Counted from the first letter of the stretch, positions 37,614 to 45,813 are shown. The stretch: DNA of 58,183 bases from a virus (IMGVR_UViG_3300032156_000010:1-58183); one strand, 5' to 3'. Made by a program: numbers and translations. The notes: generated by a model not told the origin, from the sequence alone.

Positions 37614-37928
37614 ATGCCACTCATTGACGGCCTGGATTTTATCTCGGGCGACATTCTAAGTTATCAGGAAGCGAATCGGCTGAAAAATAATTTCCGGGGG
37701 GCCGGCGTACCGGCCAGTATTCAGCCCGGGATGCTATTTTCCGACAGCGACGACGACCGCCTCTACCACCGCGGCGCCGCGGCCGTGGAGGAAACGCTGC
37801 AAGAAACGCGCAGCAAATATGCCGACCCGCTGTTTTCCGATGGGCAGTTTAAAAGCCTGAACATCGTCTGTAATAACGACGAAGTGCTGGTGAACGACGA
37901 CGACGTGGTGTTCATCACCGCTTATTGA
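37614..37928 (+). CDS. small tail-associated protein
   Basis: RBS GGAGG; NRLKNNFRG..P....PGM. Confidence 0.55.
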   Translation: MPLIDGLDFISGDILSYQEANRLKNNFRGAGVPASIQPGMLFSDSDDDRLYHRGAAAVEETLQETRSKYADPLFSDGQFKSLNIVCNNDEVLVNDDDVVFITAY

Positions 37929-37942
37929 TAGAGGAGGATAAG

Positions 37943-38332
37943 ATGAATTTAAAACAGTACGCGCCAACGCTGGTCGCTACCATTGCAGGAATCAATGCCA
38001 AGGCGGTAGCCATCACCAGTCTTTACACGGTGCCGCCCGGCTACAAGTTCATCCCGGTGTTCGTGCACATCCGGGTGACGGCCTTCGTGGTAGGCGCCAA
38101 GGCCGTCCAGGCCGTCGCGTCCTTCGGCTGCAACGCCGCGACCTACGACGATTATCTAAACAGCATCACCTATACGGTGGCGGCCGTGGATAAGTTCATC
38201 CGCGACAGCGTGGAGGACAGCGCCCTGCCCATCTGCACGGCCGGTCAGGTGTTCAAAATCAGCGTTGAAATCGGCTCCGATGCCACCACGGAAACCTGGG
38301 CCGTGGATGTATTCGGCTACCTGACGGTCTGA
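37943..38332 (+). CDS. small virion-like protein
   Basis: RBS GAGGAGG; YTVPPG motif. Confidence 0.55.
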   Translation: MNLKQYAPTLVATIAGINAKAVAITSLYTVPPGYKFIPVFVHIRVTAFVVGAKAVQAVASFGCNAATYDDYLNSITYTVAAVDKFIRDSVEDSALPICTAGQVFKISVEIGSDATTETWAVDVFGYLTV

Positions 38333-38355
38333 TAGGAAACAAAGAAGACGAGGAA

Positions 38356-39750
38356 ATGATGGAAATAAAAAGATGGAATAAGCCCGAACTATCCGCGGCC
38401 ATTACGATCACTATTCTTTTGCTATTTTGTTTTGGCTGCCCCCCGCCCAAACCGATCTGGGTCGATGTTGTCGTCTGCTCTGCCTCTCATCTTCTTCCGA
38501 CGGAAAACTGTCCGGAACGCGTCATCATAAAATTCGAGGCCGGGAAGGAGCCTAAGGATCCCTGCTTCGTTCATCCCGCCGGTCGGGTCAAGGTCTGTAC
38601 CGATACGGGCGAATTAGCCGGCGCCGGCTGTCCATCGATCCATGAAGTTCCGTTCTACGAGAAGCCCACGGATTTTTATTGTCTCCGGCACGCTCGGAAT
38701 CCTCTTCCTCGGCCCCTGCTGATCCTGGCCTGGCTGGACGGGCAAAGCAAAATTCATCGCATGACTGATGAGCAGACTGAGGACGGTTCTCACAAGGTCG
38801 GAGAGGCAGGCGTGAAATATATGCGGATTTTTTATCCCGGCTGGCTTGACGGCCTGGATTGTATCCTCCCCTATCTGCAGGAGGCGGATGGACGATTCAA
38901 TCTTGATCGGCCCAATCCGAAATATGATGAAAACTTGAGGCGCCTGGCCGTCGCGCTGGGGCGCCATGAGGTCGGTCTCCTGATCGACATGGCGGATCAG
39001 TGTGGATGGAATTCGGAATGGGATTTTTGGCGAAAAAACGTGAACGGCGTCTACGGCTGGCAGGATGAATCGGCCGTGGCCTTTGAATACTGGAAGACGG
39101 CCGTCAATAGAGTGATCGAGGATATCGGCGGCCTCGAGGGGAATTTGATCGGGCTTGGGAATGAACTCCGCCATCCGGCCGACGACGATCTGGTAGGCTC
39201 CTGTACGTGGGCCTTGACTTGGGCGGGCAAGCGAGTCGATTATCTCGTCTCTCTCGGCCAACCTCGGCCCGTCCTTTTTTCAGGTTGCTGCAACACGGCT
39301 CACAAAATCATCGGCTGCGTCTCGAGCGAGGACGGATACTATCCCGACAATCGTTTCGTCTCGCTGGTCATTCACGGCATAGGACTTGTCGATCATCAGC
39401 CCGATGGAAAACCGCTGGCGGAATGGTTGGCCGGGCTGTCGGTGACGAGGCCATTCGGCTATTCAACCGACGGCGTCGACACGGCGACCTGGAATCACGT
39501 CCCGCCCGAACGGGCCGGGACTTGTGATAAATTCGGCGGCTGCTCCGGGAATATCGAGGAGACCATCGCCGTCATCCGTCTTTTTGAACGCTACCTTGAC
39601 GAAGGCCGGTTTGTGTCGATCGAATATCTTCCGCGTGAGATCAGCTTTGATGAACCCCTCTCCGCAATCCAACAATTGAGTCTCGATATGTTTTGGCGTA
39701 CCGCTCTCGAAGTCTACGGTGTGGACGTGAGGCGGGCTTTTTCTGATTGA
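38356..39750 (+). CDS. predicted lipoprotein with Cys-rich repeats and clan GH-A-like glycoside hydrolase barrel
   Basis: Hydrophobic signal ending LFCFGC; two VCxxSxxLxxxxCP-type repeats; YMRIF, FNLD, GLGNEL. Confidence 0.55.
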   Translation: MMEIKRWNKPELSAAITITILLLFCFGCPPPKPIWVDVVVCSASHLLPTENCPERVIIKFEAGKEPKDPCFVHPAGRVKVCTDTGELAGAGCPSIHEVPFYEKPTDFYCLRHARNPLPRPLLILAWLDGQSKIHRMTDEQTEDGSHKVGEAGVKYMRIFYPGWLDGLDCILPYLQEADGRFNLDRPNPKYDENLRRLAVALGRHEVGLLIDMADQCGWNSEWDFWRKNVNGVYGWQDESAVAFEYWKTAVNRVIEDIGGLEGNLIGLGNELRHPADDDLVGSCTWALTWAGKRVDYLVSLGQPRPVLFSGCCNTAHKIIGCVSSEDGYYPDNRFVSLVIHGIGLVDHQPDGKPLAEWLAGLSVTRPFGYSTDGVDTATWNHVPPERAGTCDKFGGCSGNIEETIAVIRLFERYLDEGRFVSIEYLPREISFDEPLSAIQQLSLDMFWRTALEVYGVDVRRAFSD

Positions 39751-39774
39751 AACGCGGAATTTCGTCCGTGCGGC

Positions 39775-39909
39775 TCCTTTTGCCTCTCTGGTAGCCAACG
39801 AGGACCCTCAGGATGGGCCTACAAACGCGCCTGGTGCATTTACTGGCGGGGCCTGTGGAGAGGGTCAAGAGCGGGCTCTCAGGGGCTGTAGGGGCAAAAA
39901 AAAAGGCCC
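39775..39909. repeat. right arm of ~130-bp inverted repeat (partner 2325-2458)
   Basis: Reverse complement of 2325-2458 with few mismatches. Confidence 0.9.
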
Positions 39910-39945
39910 GCTGCGGGCCTTTCCCGCAAACGGGCCTTTTCTTTT
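39896..39945. terminator. bidirectional intrinsic terminator between convergent late and early operons
   Basis: A9-GGCCCG...CGGGCC-TTTTCTTTT. Confidence 0.85.
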
Positions 39946-39967
39946 CGGCTAGAATCCTCCTGATCTA

Positions 39968-40765
39968 TCAGGCGTCGTAGGCGTCGCCAGGTTCGCCGCT
40001 CTTAATGCTTTCGACAAAATCATTGATGTTGATGCAGGGATCGTCGCGGAGCCTGATCGCCGCGTTGCAGAGATCGACGAGTTTGCGCTGTTTGTCGAAC
40101 TGTCCGATAAGTGACGTCTGGGCGTGGGTCAGAAAATCAGTGGCGGCGCCGTGAAACGCTCGCAGATTGGATTGGGGATAGACTGTCTCGCGGAGCTGGA
40201 TAAAATCACGGATCGAGGAGCCGGGGATAATCCCGAGCGCGACGGCGGTCAGGGTGAGATAGGAAAATTTCGCCGGATGGAGGCTGTAATCCGTCAGCCC
40301 TGCCTCCCATGCGCCCAAGGCATCGAAGCGAGGGATCGTCTTTTCGATCGCCTCGCAAGATAACGCATAGAGTTCATCGCTTGTCAGGAGTCCCGAATGT
40401 TTACGGAACAGGACCACGTCGCCGCTGAAAGCCAGGTTGTCGCAGACGAAGACCCGCATTCCTACGGCCAGACCGACAGCCATCGACTTGTCCATCGAAT
40501 TTCGGATCCCCAGCGCGAAGCTGCTCTCGAAGCCGTAACGCTTGCCGAAATCCCAAAGGCCAAACATTTTGTGGCCGTTGGCCGAGAGCGAATAAGTCCG
40601 CTTGAGGGGCACTAGGCTCTGCTTTTCGCAGGCGGCACCGATCGTGTCAAGGATTACGGCGTGATGGATGGGGCGCCACGATGCCGTGAAAGGAACCGCG
40701 GACACCGCTCTCACCCTTTCCTCGGTGGTGTAGATAGTATCCCCGTGGGCAATTAAACCGTTCAT
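39968..40765 (-). CDS. DUF932-like protein
   Basis: PIHH, LGIRNSMDKS....LAVGMRVFVCDNLAFSG....RKH. Confidence 0.75.
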   Translation of the reverse strand: MNGLIAHGDTIYTTEERVRAVSAVPFTASWRPIHHAVILDTIGAACEKQSLVPLKRTYSLSANGHKMFGLWDFGKRYGFESSFALGIRNSMDKSMAVGLAVGMRVFVCDNLAFSGDVVLFRKHSGLLTSDELYALSCEAIEKTIPRFDALGAWEAGLTDYSLHPAKFSYLTLTAVALGIIPGSSIRDFIQLRETVYPQSNLRAFHGAATDFLTHAQTSLIGQFDKQRKLVDLCNAAIRLRDDPCININDFVESIKSGEPGDAYDA

Positions 40766-40875
40766 TTAAAACCTCCTTTACCGCGCCTCCCCGCCAAGTC
40801 CTTTCGGACCCCCCCTTTCTGGCTCGGGGCTTTGGGTCGGGCTGAAGACGGGGCCGCGGGGCCCCGCCCTCCTGG

Positions 40876-41124
40876 TCATTTGTCTCGCGTGAATTTGTGC
40901 ATCTTCAAGATAGCTTCACAGGCTTCTCTCACCGCATTCCTGTCCCAAGAATCGAGGAACACAAATAGTGCCGTGGGCAACGTCTTCGTCCAAAAATCCT
41001 TTTTCTCGTGTCCCAACTGCTTCCCCAAGGCCAGAGCCGCGATCTCGAAGGTGTTGATGGTTTTTTGCTCGGCTGCGTAGACTTGTGGCGCTGCTTCTCG
41101 GCCGAGAAAGTGGAAGTCGATCAC
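40876..41124 (-). CDS. hypothetical early protein
   Basis: GTGA overlap with upstream gene. Confidence 0.45.
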   Translation of the reverse strand: MIDFHFLGREAAPQVYAAEQKTINTFEIAALALGKQLGHEKKDFWTKTLPTALFVFLDSWDRNAVREACEAILKMHKFTRDK

Positions 41125-41777
41125 TTCTTCGCTCCGGTGGCTTGCTGGACTTCTTCTTCCTGAATTGCCTCCCGCAGCGGCACCAGCCATTTTTGATCAG
41201 GCCGGCAGCCCTTGGGAAGCGCTTCGAGATAGCCGAGACATCCTTTCGCCGCCGTCAATAGCTTTGACGGTTCCTTCGATTCCTTGGCCGGGAGCTTTTT
41301 CTCCTCCCAACGTCGCCAGCCATCACCCGTAAATTTGCCACCAAGCTCATGCTCGATAACCGCTGCGACGTCGGCCGAGATATTTGGCCACGTTCTTTCT
41401 CCGCACATTCCGCAGATATTCTCGGCCTGGAAAACGTCAGGAAGATCGCTTCGCTCAGCATAGTCGCCGACTACGGCAATCCGATCACCGGCCCAGCGCC
41501 CGATGGTCCGCCTGGCAATCTCTGGATACTCCTCGGGCATGGGGCCTGGGCAGGTGTTGTGCTCGAGAAACGTGCGCTCCGGCCCGTGCCAATTCTTGTC
41601 CATGTCCAGATCGCCGCCGCCTCTCGGCTCCGGCATGGCCGCGCAGAGAACGATGAGCGCCGCCCCCGGGCCCGGATAAGCCGAAAGCTGTTCCGACAAT
41701 TTAAGCCCGGACCCAAGGTCGTGCGGGTTGATGAATTCCCGCTTGTCAAGATTGACCACATACCAATATTGTCCCAT
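41121..41777 (-). CDS. phage-type hypothetical protein (MGQY..VNLDKREF...GRWAGDRI..VGDY)
   Basis: RBS GGAGG; recognisable phage protein motif. Confidence 0.75.
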   Translation of the reverse strand: MGQYWYVVNLDKREFINPHDLGSGLKLSEQLSAYPGPGAALIVLCAAMPEPRGGGDLDMDKNWHGPERTFLEHNTCPGPMPEEYPEIARRTIGRWAGDRIAVVGDYAERSDLPDVFQAENICGMCGERTWPNISADVAAVIEHELGGKFTGDGWRRWEEKKLPAKESKEPSKLLTAAKGCLGYLEALPKGCRPDQKWLVPLREAIQEEEVQQATGAKK

Positions 41778-41880
41778 TTCCTTGACCTCCTTCATTGGCT
41801 CCCCGGCAAGTCCCCGCCGCGGGGGCTCCGCTTTTCCGCCTCAGCGCGGAGGCTCGGGCAGGAGGCGGGCCAGACCCGCC

Positions 41881-42177
41881 TCACCTCACCACATTCCGGC
41901 AATTGACGATAAGATCATTCAGCATCCCGTGAGCATCTTCGCTCGGCGGTTCCGGCAACATCCCGCCATGGATGACATGGTCGGCAAGTTGGCGAAGAAA
42001 AAGACCAAGTTCGGCCGGGATCTCCACATACCGATATCGCCCGGCTGCCATCTTGATCTTCTCTGCCACTCGTTGATCATGGGCCTTGATCCGCTCAACA
42101 ATGATTCGTTTAAACCGGCTACAGTCATTCGTCTTGGGCCGGCCTCTCGGCCGGCGCCCGATGGATTCGTTGTTCAT
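41881..42177 (-). CDS. hypothetical protein with AT-hook-like RPRGRPK
   Basis: ATGA overlap; motif. Confidence 0.6.
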   Translation of the reverse strand: MNNESIGRRPRGRPKTNDCSRFKRIIVERIKAHDQRVAEKIKMAAGRYRYVEIPAELGLFLRQLADHVIHGGMLPEPPSEDAHGMLNDLIVNCRNVVR

Positions 42178-42335
42178 GATTTCAGCCTCAAGTTCCGTAG
42201 CCGTCCGAAAGCGGTGCTGAGTTTAGCCTCGATCCTGTCCCGGCCAGGCCCGTCCGGCTCGCGCCGCAGAGCGGCGACCAGGCTGGCGATCTTTGCGGCC
42301 CTGGCTCCGGTCCCGTTTTTGGATCTCGAACGCAT
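42174..42335 (-). CDS. 53-aa basic protein (not in ORF track)
   Basis: RBS GAGGAGGTTTT; MRSRSKNGTGARAAKIASLVAALRRE...; stop overlaps next ATG. Confidence 0.6.
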   Translation of the reverse strand: MRSRSKNGTGARAAKIASLVAALRREPDGPGRDRIEAKLSTAFGRLRNLRLKS

Positions 42336-42357
42336 TTGAAAACCTCCTCATTGAAAT

Positions 42358-42427
42358 TTGACCTGCCTTTCATCAGCGCCAGGAGGTCAATCCTAGCGGA
42401 CCGGGCCGCTGATGGCCCGGTTTCGGC
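42358..42427 (-). ncRNA. type II hammerhead ribozyme D (AA insertion after core)
   Basis: GCC-GAAA-CCGGGCC..GGCCCGG-UC^CGCUAGGA-UUGACC-UCCUGGCG-CUGAUGA-AA-GGC-A-GGUCAA; loop I/3' pseudoknot; cleavage 42399/42398. Confidence 0.75.
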
Positions 42428-42428
42428 T

Positions 42429-42851
42429 TCATTTGGAAAGGACGCGTTTTTCGGATTCCCTCAAGGCGTGCTCGTAAGTCCGGACAGTTGATTTGATTAA
42501 CGGATTAAGCAATCCCGTCGCCTTCCAGCGCCGCCAGGAATACAAGTTACGGACGATCTGATCTAACATCTCGTCGAAATGCGCGGACGTAATCTCGGAG
42601 GAATCCGATTTGAATTTTTCGAGTACCATCTCATTGATTCTTTTGGTGAAAGATTCGAGGGTCAGATCATGTCCATCCCGCTTGGAGAGATCGACGGCCG
42701 TTAAAGCTGCGGAGATAAAATAGGTTATTCCCGACGCGAACCCGGCCGAAAATGTCCCAGCGTCCTCTTCGAGAAATGAAAGGCCCTTGGCGAGCATTGT
42801 TATGTGAGCCAGGATTAGAGCCGTCGTCCTGATGTGATCTTTGGCTTCCAT
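42429..42851 (-). CDS. hypothetical early protein
   Basis: ORF with RBS, ends at hammerhead D. Confidence 0.65.
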   Translation of the reverse strand: MEAKDHIRTTALILAHITMLAKGLSFLEEDAGTFSAGFASGITYFISAALTAVDLSKRDGHDLTLESFTKRINEMVLEKFKSDSSEITSAHFDEMLDQIVRNLYSWRRWKATGLLNPLIKSTVRTYEHALRESEKRVLSK

Positions 42852-42864
42852 GTCTTTTTTCCTT

Positions 42865-43152
42865 TTAAAAAGCCAAGAGCTTTTTTAGACAGCCGGTATG
42901 GAAAGCCCGCCCTTCCCGCAGCTTGATGTCATCAAGGCCAACCGGTTCGCCGCAATAACCGCAGTAACTCAATCGCCGGATCCCAATGCTGTTCAGCTGG
43001 CCGCCGGCCTCCCTTTCCTTTCGTTCCCGCTCTATGCGGGCTTCCTTGGCTTCAAGACTTCTGACCCGCCTGGCCGCCCGATCCGTCCTCGCTTTGGCGT
43101 CCACCTGGCGCAATAATTCTCGCTGCTGCGCTTTCAATCGGAGCTTTTTCAT
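42865..43152 (-). CDS. basic protein with C-terminal Zn finger
   Basis: CGYC...HTGC. Confidence 0.65.
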   Translation of the reverse strand: MKKLRLKAQQRELLRQVDAKARTDRAARRVRSLEAKEARIERERKEREAGGQLNSIGIRRLSYCGYCGEPVGLDDIKLREGRAFHTGCLKKLLAF

Positions 43153-43155
43153 CTC

Positions 43156-43605
43156 TCAGCCCCCAAACATCTTATTGGTCAGGACACGAAACGCCTCGGT
43201 TGCCGCATTTTTTCTGACGAATATCCGACTTCCCCGCTTGCCGAGCACTGTGCCGGTCGGATAGAGACAGGCCAGGCGGGTGAGCCTTTGCGCATCTTCG
43301 CGGATAATGGCCGTCGCTTCCTCGGGCGTGTGATATTTCGCCCATCCGGCTTTTTTAAACGACTTACGGACTTCGGAGAGAAATTCGCCGGGTGTCATGT
43401 CGGGCTGGTCTTCAATCTTAAATGAGGTCGTCGCCCTCAGGCATTCCATCCCGACCATCGAGCGTCGGCAGCCGCACCGACCGTCCCAGCGGTCGTCGCT
43501 GTCGCACTCCATTGCGAATGTCACCAGTTCGCCTTCGGGTACACAACAGAAGTCCCGTCTGCCCCAATCGCCTTGCGTCTCCTTTGTGGAAACTAATACC
43601 TTCAT
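43156..43605 (-). CDS. Cys-rich hypothetical protein
   Basis: MKVLVSTKETQG...DF...EGELV...CGCRRS; RBS GGAGGTTTT. Confidence 0.75.
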   Translation of the reverse strand: MKVLVSTKETQGDWGRRDFCCVPEGELVTFAMECDSDDRWDGRCGCRRSMVGMECLRATTSFKIEDQPDMTPGEFLSEVRKSFKKAGWAKYHTPEEATAIIREDAQRLTRLACLYPTGTVLGKRGSRIFVRKNAATEAFRVLTNKMFGG

Positions 43606-43627
43606 CGAAAACCTCCTCCTGAAAGAT

Positions 43628-43698
43628 TTGACCTTGCCTCATCAGGTTGTAGACGGTCGGGCTACAACGACCGAGGCCCCGTGGTCCTCGGTTTCGGC
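43628..43698 (-). ncRNA. type II hammerhead ribozyme C (canonical core)
   Basis: GCC-GAAA-CCGAGG..CCUCGG-UC^GUUGUAG..CUACAAC-CUGAUGA-GGC-AA-GGUC; cleavage 43669/43668. Confidence 0.9.
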
Positions 43699-43700
43699 TT

Positions 43701-43919
43701 TCAGCCTTCCTCCTCGTCTTCTTCTTTCGTTGGTTGAAGCTGGGAATAAGTCCAGTTTTTGTAATCGTCGGCGATCCCGAGACAAACCTCGATCAGCGTC
43801 TTTGCTGCCCGCATTTCCTCTTTGGAATCGCTCACCTCGGCGTTCTCCAGCGCCGACCGGCACGCATTCAAGTCTAGGAGCGTATTCTGGAACCGACAAT
43901 AACTCATATTCGCCATCAT
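43701..43919 (-). CDS. small phage-type protein (MANMSYCRFQNT motif)
   Basis: Motif; RBS GGAGG. Confidence 0.75.
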   Translation of the reverse strand: MMANMSYCRFQNTLLDLNACRSALENAEVSDSKEEMRAAKTLIEVCLGIADDYKNWTYSQLQPTKEEDEEEG

Positions 43920-43946
43920 CCCCTCCTTCCTGAACGTCTTCTCCCT

Positions 43947-44276
43947 TTAACAAAGCGGTTCGGTATCAACATATCGACGCTCAAAAGCCGCCATGACCAG
44001 TTTGACGATCCGCCCATTTTCCTGCCTTGCAAAAACGACTTTTTTGTGCCGCAACCTTGTCTTGATGACGGTCAGGCAGGATCCATCTCTCGTAAAGAGC
44101 AGCATCCCTTCCCGAAGTTTTAGGAGCAGGGAGCGAGTTTCCTTTGCGTTTCTCCGGTCGAATGTTTTGGCCGGAATAGCCACAAGTTTCTTGATCTTGG
44201 GCGTCCATTCTGTGGCCTTGAGTTTGCATTTGAACAAAGAACGGAAAAAAGAACCGATCCATTTAATGAGTTTCAT
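43947..44276 (-). CDS. basic hypothetical protein
   Basis: RBS GGAGGTTTT before ATG 44276. Confidence 0.65.
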   Translation of the reverse strand: MKLIKWIGSFFRSLFKCKLKATEWTPKIKKLVAIPAKTFDRRNAKETRSLLLKLREGMLLFTRDGSCLTVIKTRLRHKKVVFARQENGRIVKLVMAAFERRYVDTEPLC

Positions 44277-44298
44277 TCGAAAACCTCCTGAAAAAATT

Positions 44299-44363
44299 TT
44301 GACCCGCCTCGTCAGATCGTGGTCGGTCAAGCCACGATAACCGGGCCGGAGCCCGGTTTCGGC
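44299..44363 (-). ncRNA. type II hammerhead ribozyme B (canonical core)
   Basis: GCC-GAAA-CCGGG..CCCGG-UU^AUCGUGG-CUUGACCGA-CCACGAU-CUGACGA-GGC-G-GGUCAA; 6-bp pseudoknot UUGACC/GGUCAA; cleavage 44339/44338. Confidence 0.9.
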
Positions 44364-44365
44364 TT

Positions 44366-44560
44366 TTAGTGGACGTCGAAATACTCCGTGCACGTCCCGA
44401 GCAAATTGTCGTAATCGCCGGACATCGCCTTCTTCATAAATTCGTCCAGCCTTTCCTTCGACCAGCCGGCTTTCTTGGCCGCCCTAGATGCCAGGCCCAA
44501 GACCACGAAGGCGTTGCCGTCCTGTCCGATCAGCGTAAGTTTCGGCTTTGTCTCGTTCAT
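44366..44560 (-). CDS. small phage-type protein (GQDGNAF...MSGDYDNLL motif)
   Basis: Motif. Confidence 0.8.
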   Translation of the reverse strand: MNETKPKLTLIGQDGNAFVVLGLASRAAKKAGWSKERLDEFMKKAMSGDYDNLLGTCTEYFDVH

Positions 44561-44901
44561 GATGATCTCCTGATTCGCCGCTGTTCCTTCCTGTACCAGA
44601 GCCGATCCTCATGCCTTCCGATATCCAAATTCTCCCAATCTGCGAGTTGGCAATCGGGCCGCTCAAACCGTTCGGCCATTATTGGCATTGCGGCATAAGG
44701 ACAAAACACGTCGTCCCGGCTGCAGGAAAATTCCTGTGGGTCGCCGGCCCGGGCAGGACACTCTTTTTTCCCCCGTTCTCGCATCCGCCCATCCATGTAA
44801 CCCCTGCAAAAATCTTTGGGGCCGACCGCCAGCACCGGGATGCCCCGCCGTTCGTGATCCACGCCCCGCGCAAAGCCATCTGTGTACATTTTTTTGACCA
44901 T
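44557..44901 (-). CDS. Cys-rich hypothetical protein
   Basis: RBS GGAGGTTTT; ATGA overlap with next gene. Confidence 0.65.
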   Translation of the reverse strand: MVKKMYTDGFARGVDHERRGIPVLAVGPKDFCRGYMDGRMRERGKKECPARAGDPQEFSCSRDDVFCPYAAMPIMAERFERPDCQLADWENLDIGRHEDRLWYRKEQRRIRRSS

Positions 44902-44921
44902 TGAAAACCTCCTTCGAAAAT

Positions 44922-44990
44922 TTGACTTGCCTCATCGGGCTGCGCGTTGTCATCGCGCAGCGACAGGCCCCGGCGGGGGCCTGTTTCGGC
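44922..44990 (-). ncRNA. type II hammerhead ribozyme A (U4C core variant CCGAUGA)
   Basis: GCC-GAAA-CAGGCCCC..GGGGCCUG-UC^GCUGCGCG-AUGACAA-CGCGCAGC-CCGAUGA-GGC-AA-GUCA; cleavage 44962/44961. Confidence 0.8.
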
Positions 44991-44992
44991 TT

Positions 44993-45412
44993 TCAGATTA
45001 TCCCGGCCGTGATCAGCCAGGATTGGAAACCGTGCGGACATTGGCCATCGGGTTCAACCCGGCAGCCGTCCGTTGCCTTGGCTACGCCATCCATCGCCCA
45101 TCGTTCCATCGTATGGAGTGAAGGTTGACGGATTCCGGCACTACTGATGAAGCCCTGTTTGTCGTGATAGAACTGGAAAAATCGGGTCGTCATTTCTGCC
45201 TGTGTAAATGCCCATTCTTTTTTGTAGCGCCGCCACAACTTCCATTCTCCTAAGAGTGTCTTCCGCAGGATTTCGCCGTCGCTCATGAGGGCAATCAGCG
45301 ACCCTGATTTCGGGTTGAACAGCCGGACAAGTTCCTTCTTGACATTCTTCGTGTGTGGATGCTTTTTTATATACAGCACCACCGCCTCGTGTACGCTCAT
45401 CGATTTTGCCAT
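44993..45412 (-). CDS. first gene of left operon; C-terminal ATDGCRVEPDGxCPHG Zn-binding motif
   Basis: RBS AAGGAGG; motif. Confidence 0.75.
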   Translation of the reverse strand: MAKSMSVHEAVVLYIKKHPHTKNVKKELVRLFNPKSGSLIALMSDGEILRKTLLGEWKLWRRYKKEWAFTQAEMTTRFFQFYHDKQGFISSAGIRQPSLHTMERWAMDGVAKATDGCRVEPDGQCPHGFQSWLITAGII

Positions 45413-45782
45413 CCTGAACCTCCTTAAAAATTTTTATTGGCGCCCTCTCGCACCGGCTACCTAAACCGGCCCCTTTTATTGCGCCGTCAGAGCAAGGCGA
45501 GAGCGGGCAGCGGCCAGTAGGCGCTGACCGTGATCTGCCCATTCGGAGGTTTTGGAGGTTTGTTGTGCTGGTGAATGATTTTCGGTACCTGGCAAATTTT
45601 TACCGCTGCCCCGACGTCTGTTCGGTCTCCTTAGGCTGTCGGGAATATCCCGAATCCGCCGAGACCGTCAGCCGGACAGCGTCATCCGCCGTCCCTACTC
45701 ACCACATTCTTTCTGCGCCTGACGATCAGACCTGGCCTTAGCCGTTCCGTCCGTCCCCTCTGCCTTGGGGCCCGTCAGGCTT

Positions 45783-45813
45783 TTTTCAAAGATCAATTGC
45801 TACGCCCGGTAGC
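45783..45813 (-). promoter_or_regulatory. boxB-like hairpin plus boxA antitermination site
   Basis: GCUAC-CGGGC-GUAGC hairpin then UGAUCUUUGAAAA just after the predicted TSS. Confidence 0.7.

Noticed and set aside
33997-39750. Diversity-generating retroelement or invertible tail-fibre cassette
   Set aside because: No reverse transcriptase, invertase or TR/VR pair seen
40785-40875. c-di-GMP-I riboswitch (GACCCAAAGCC resembles GACGCAAAGCC)
   Set aside because: No GNRA-capped P2 with the GGYAAAC motif upstream; kept only as an unidentified motif
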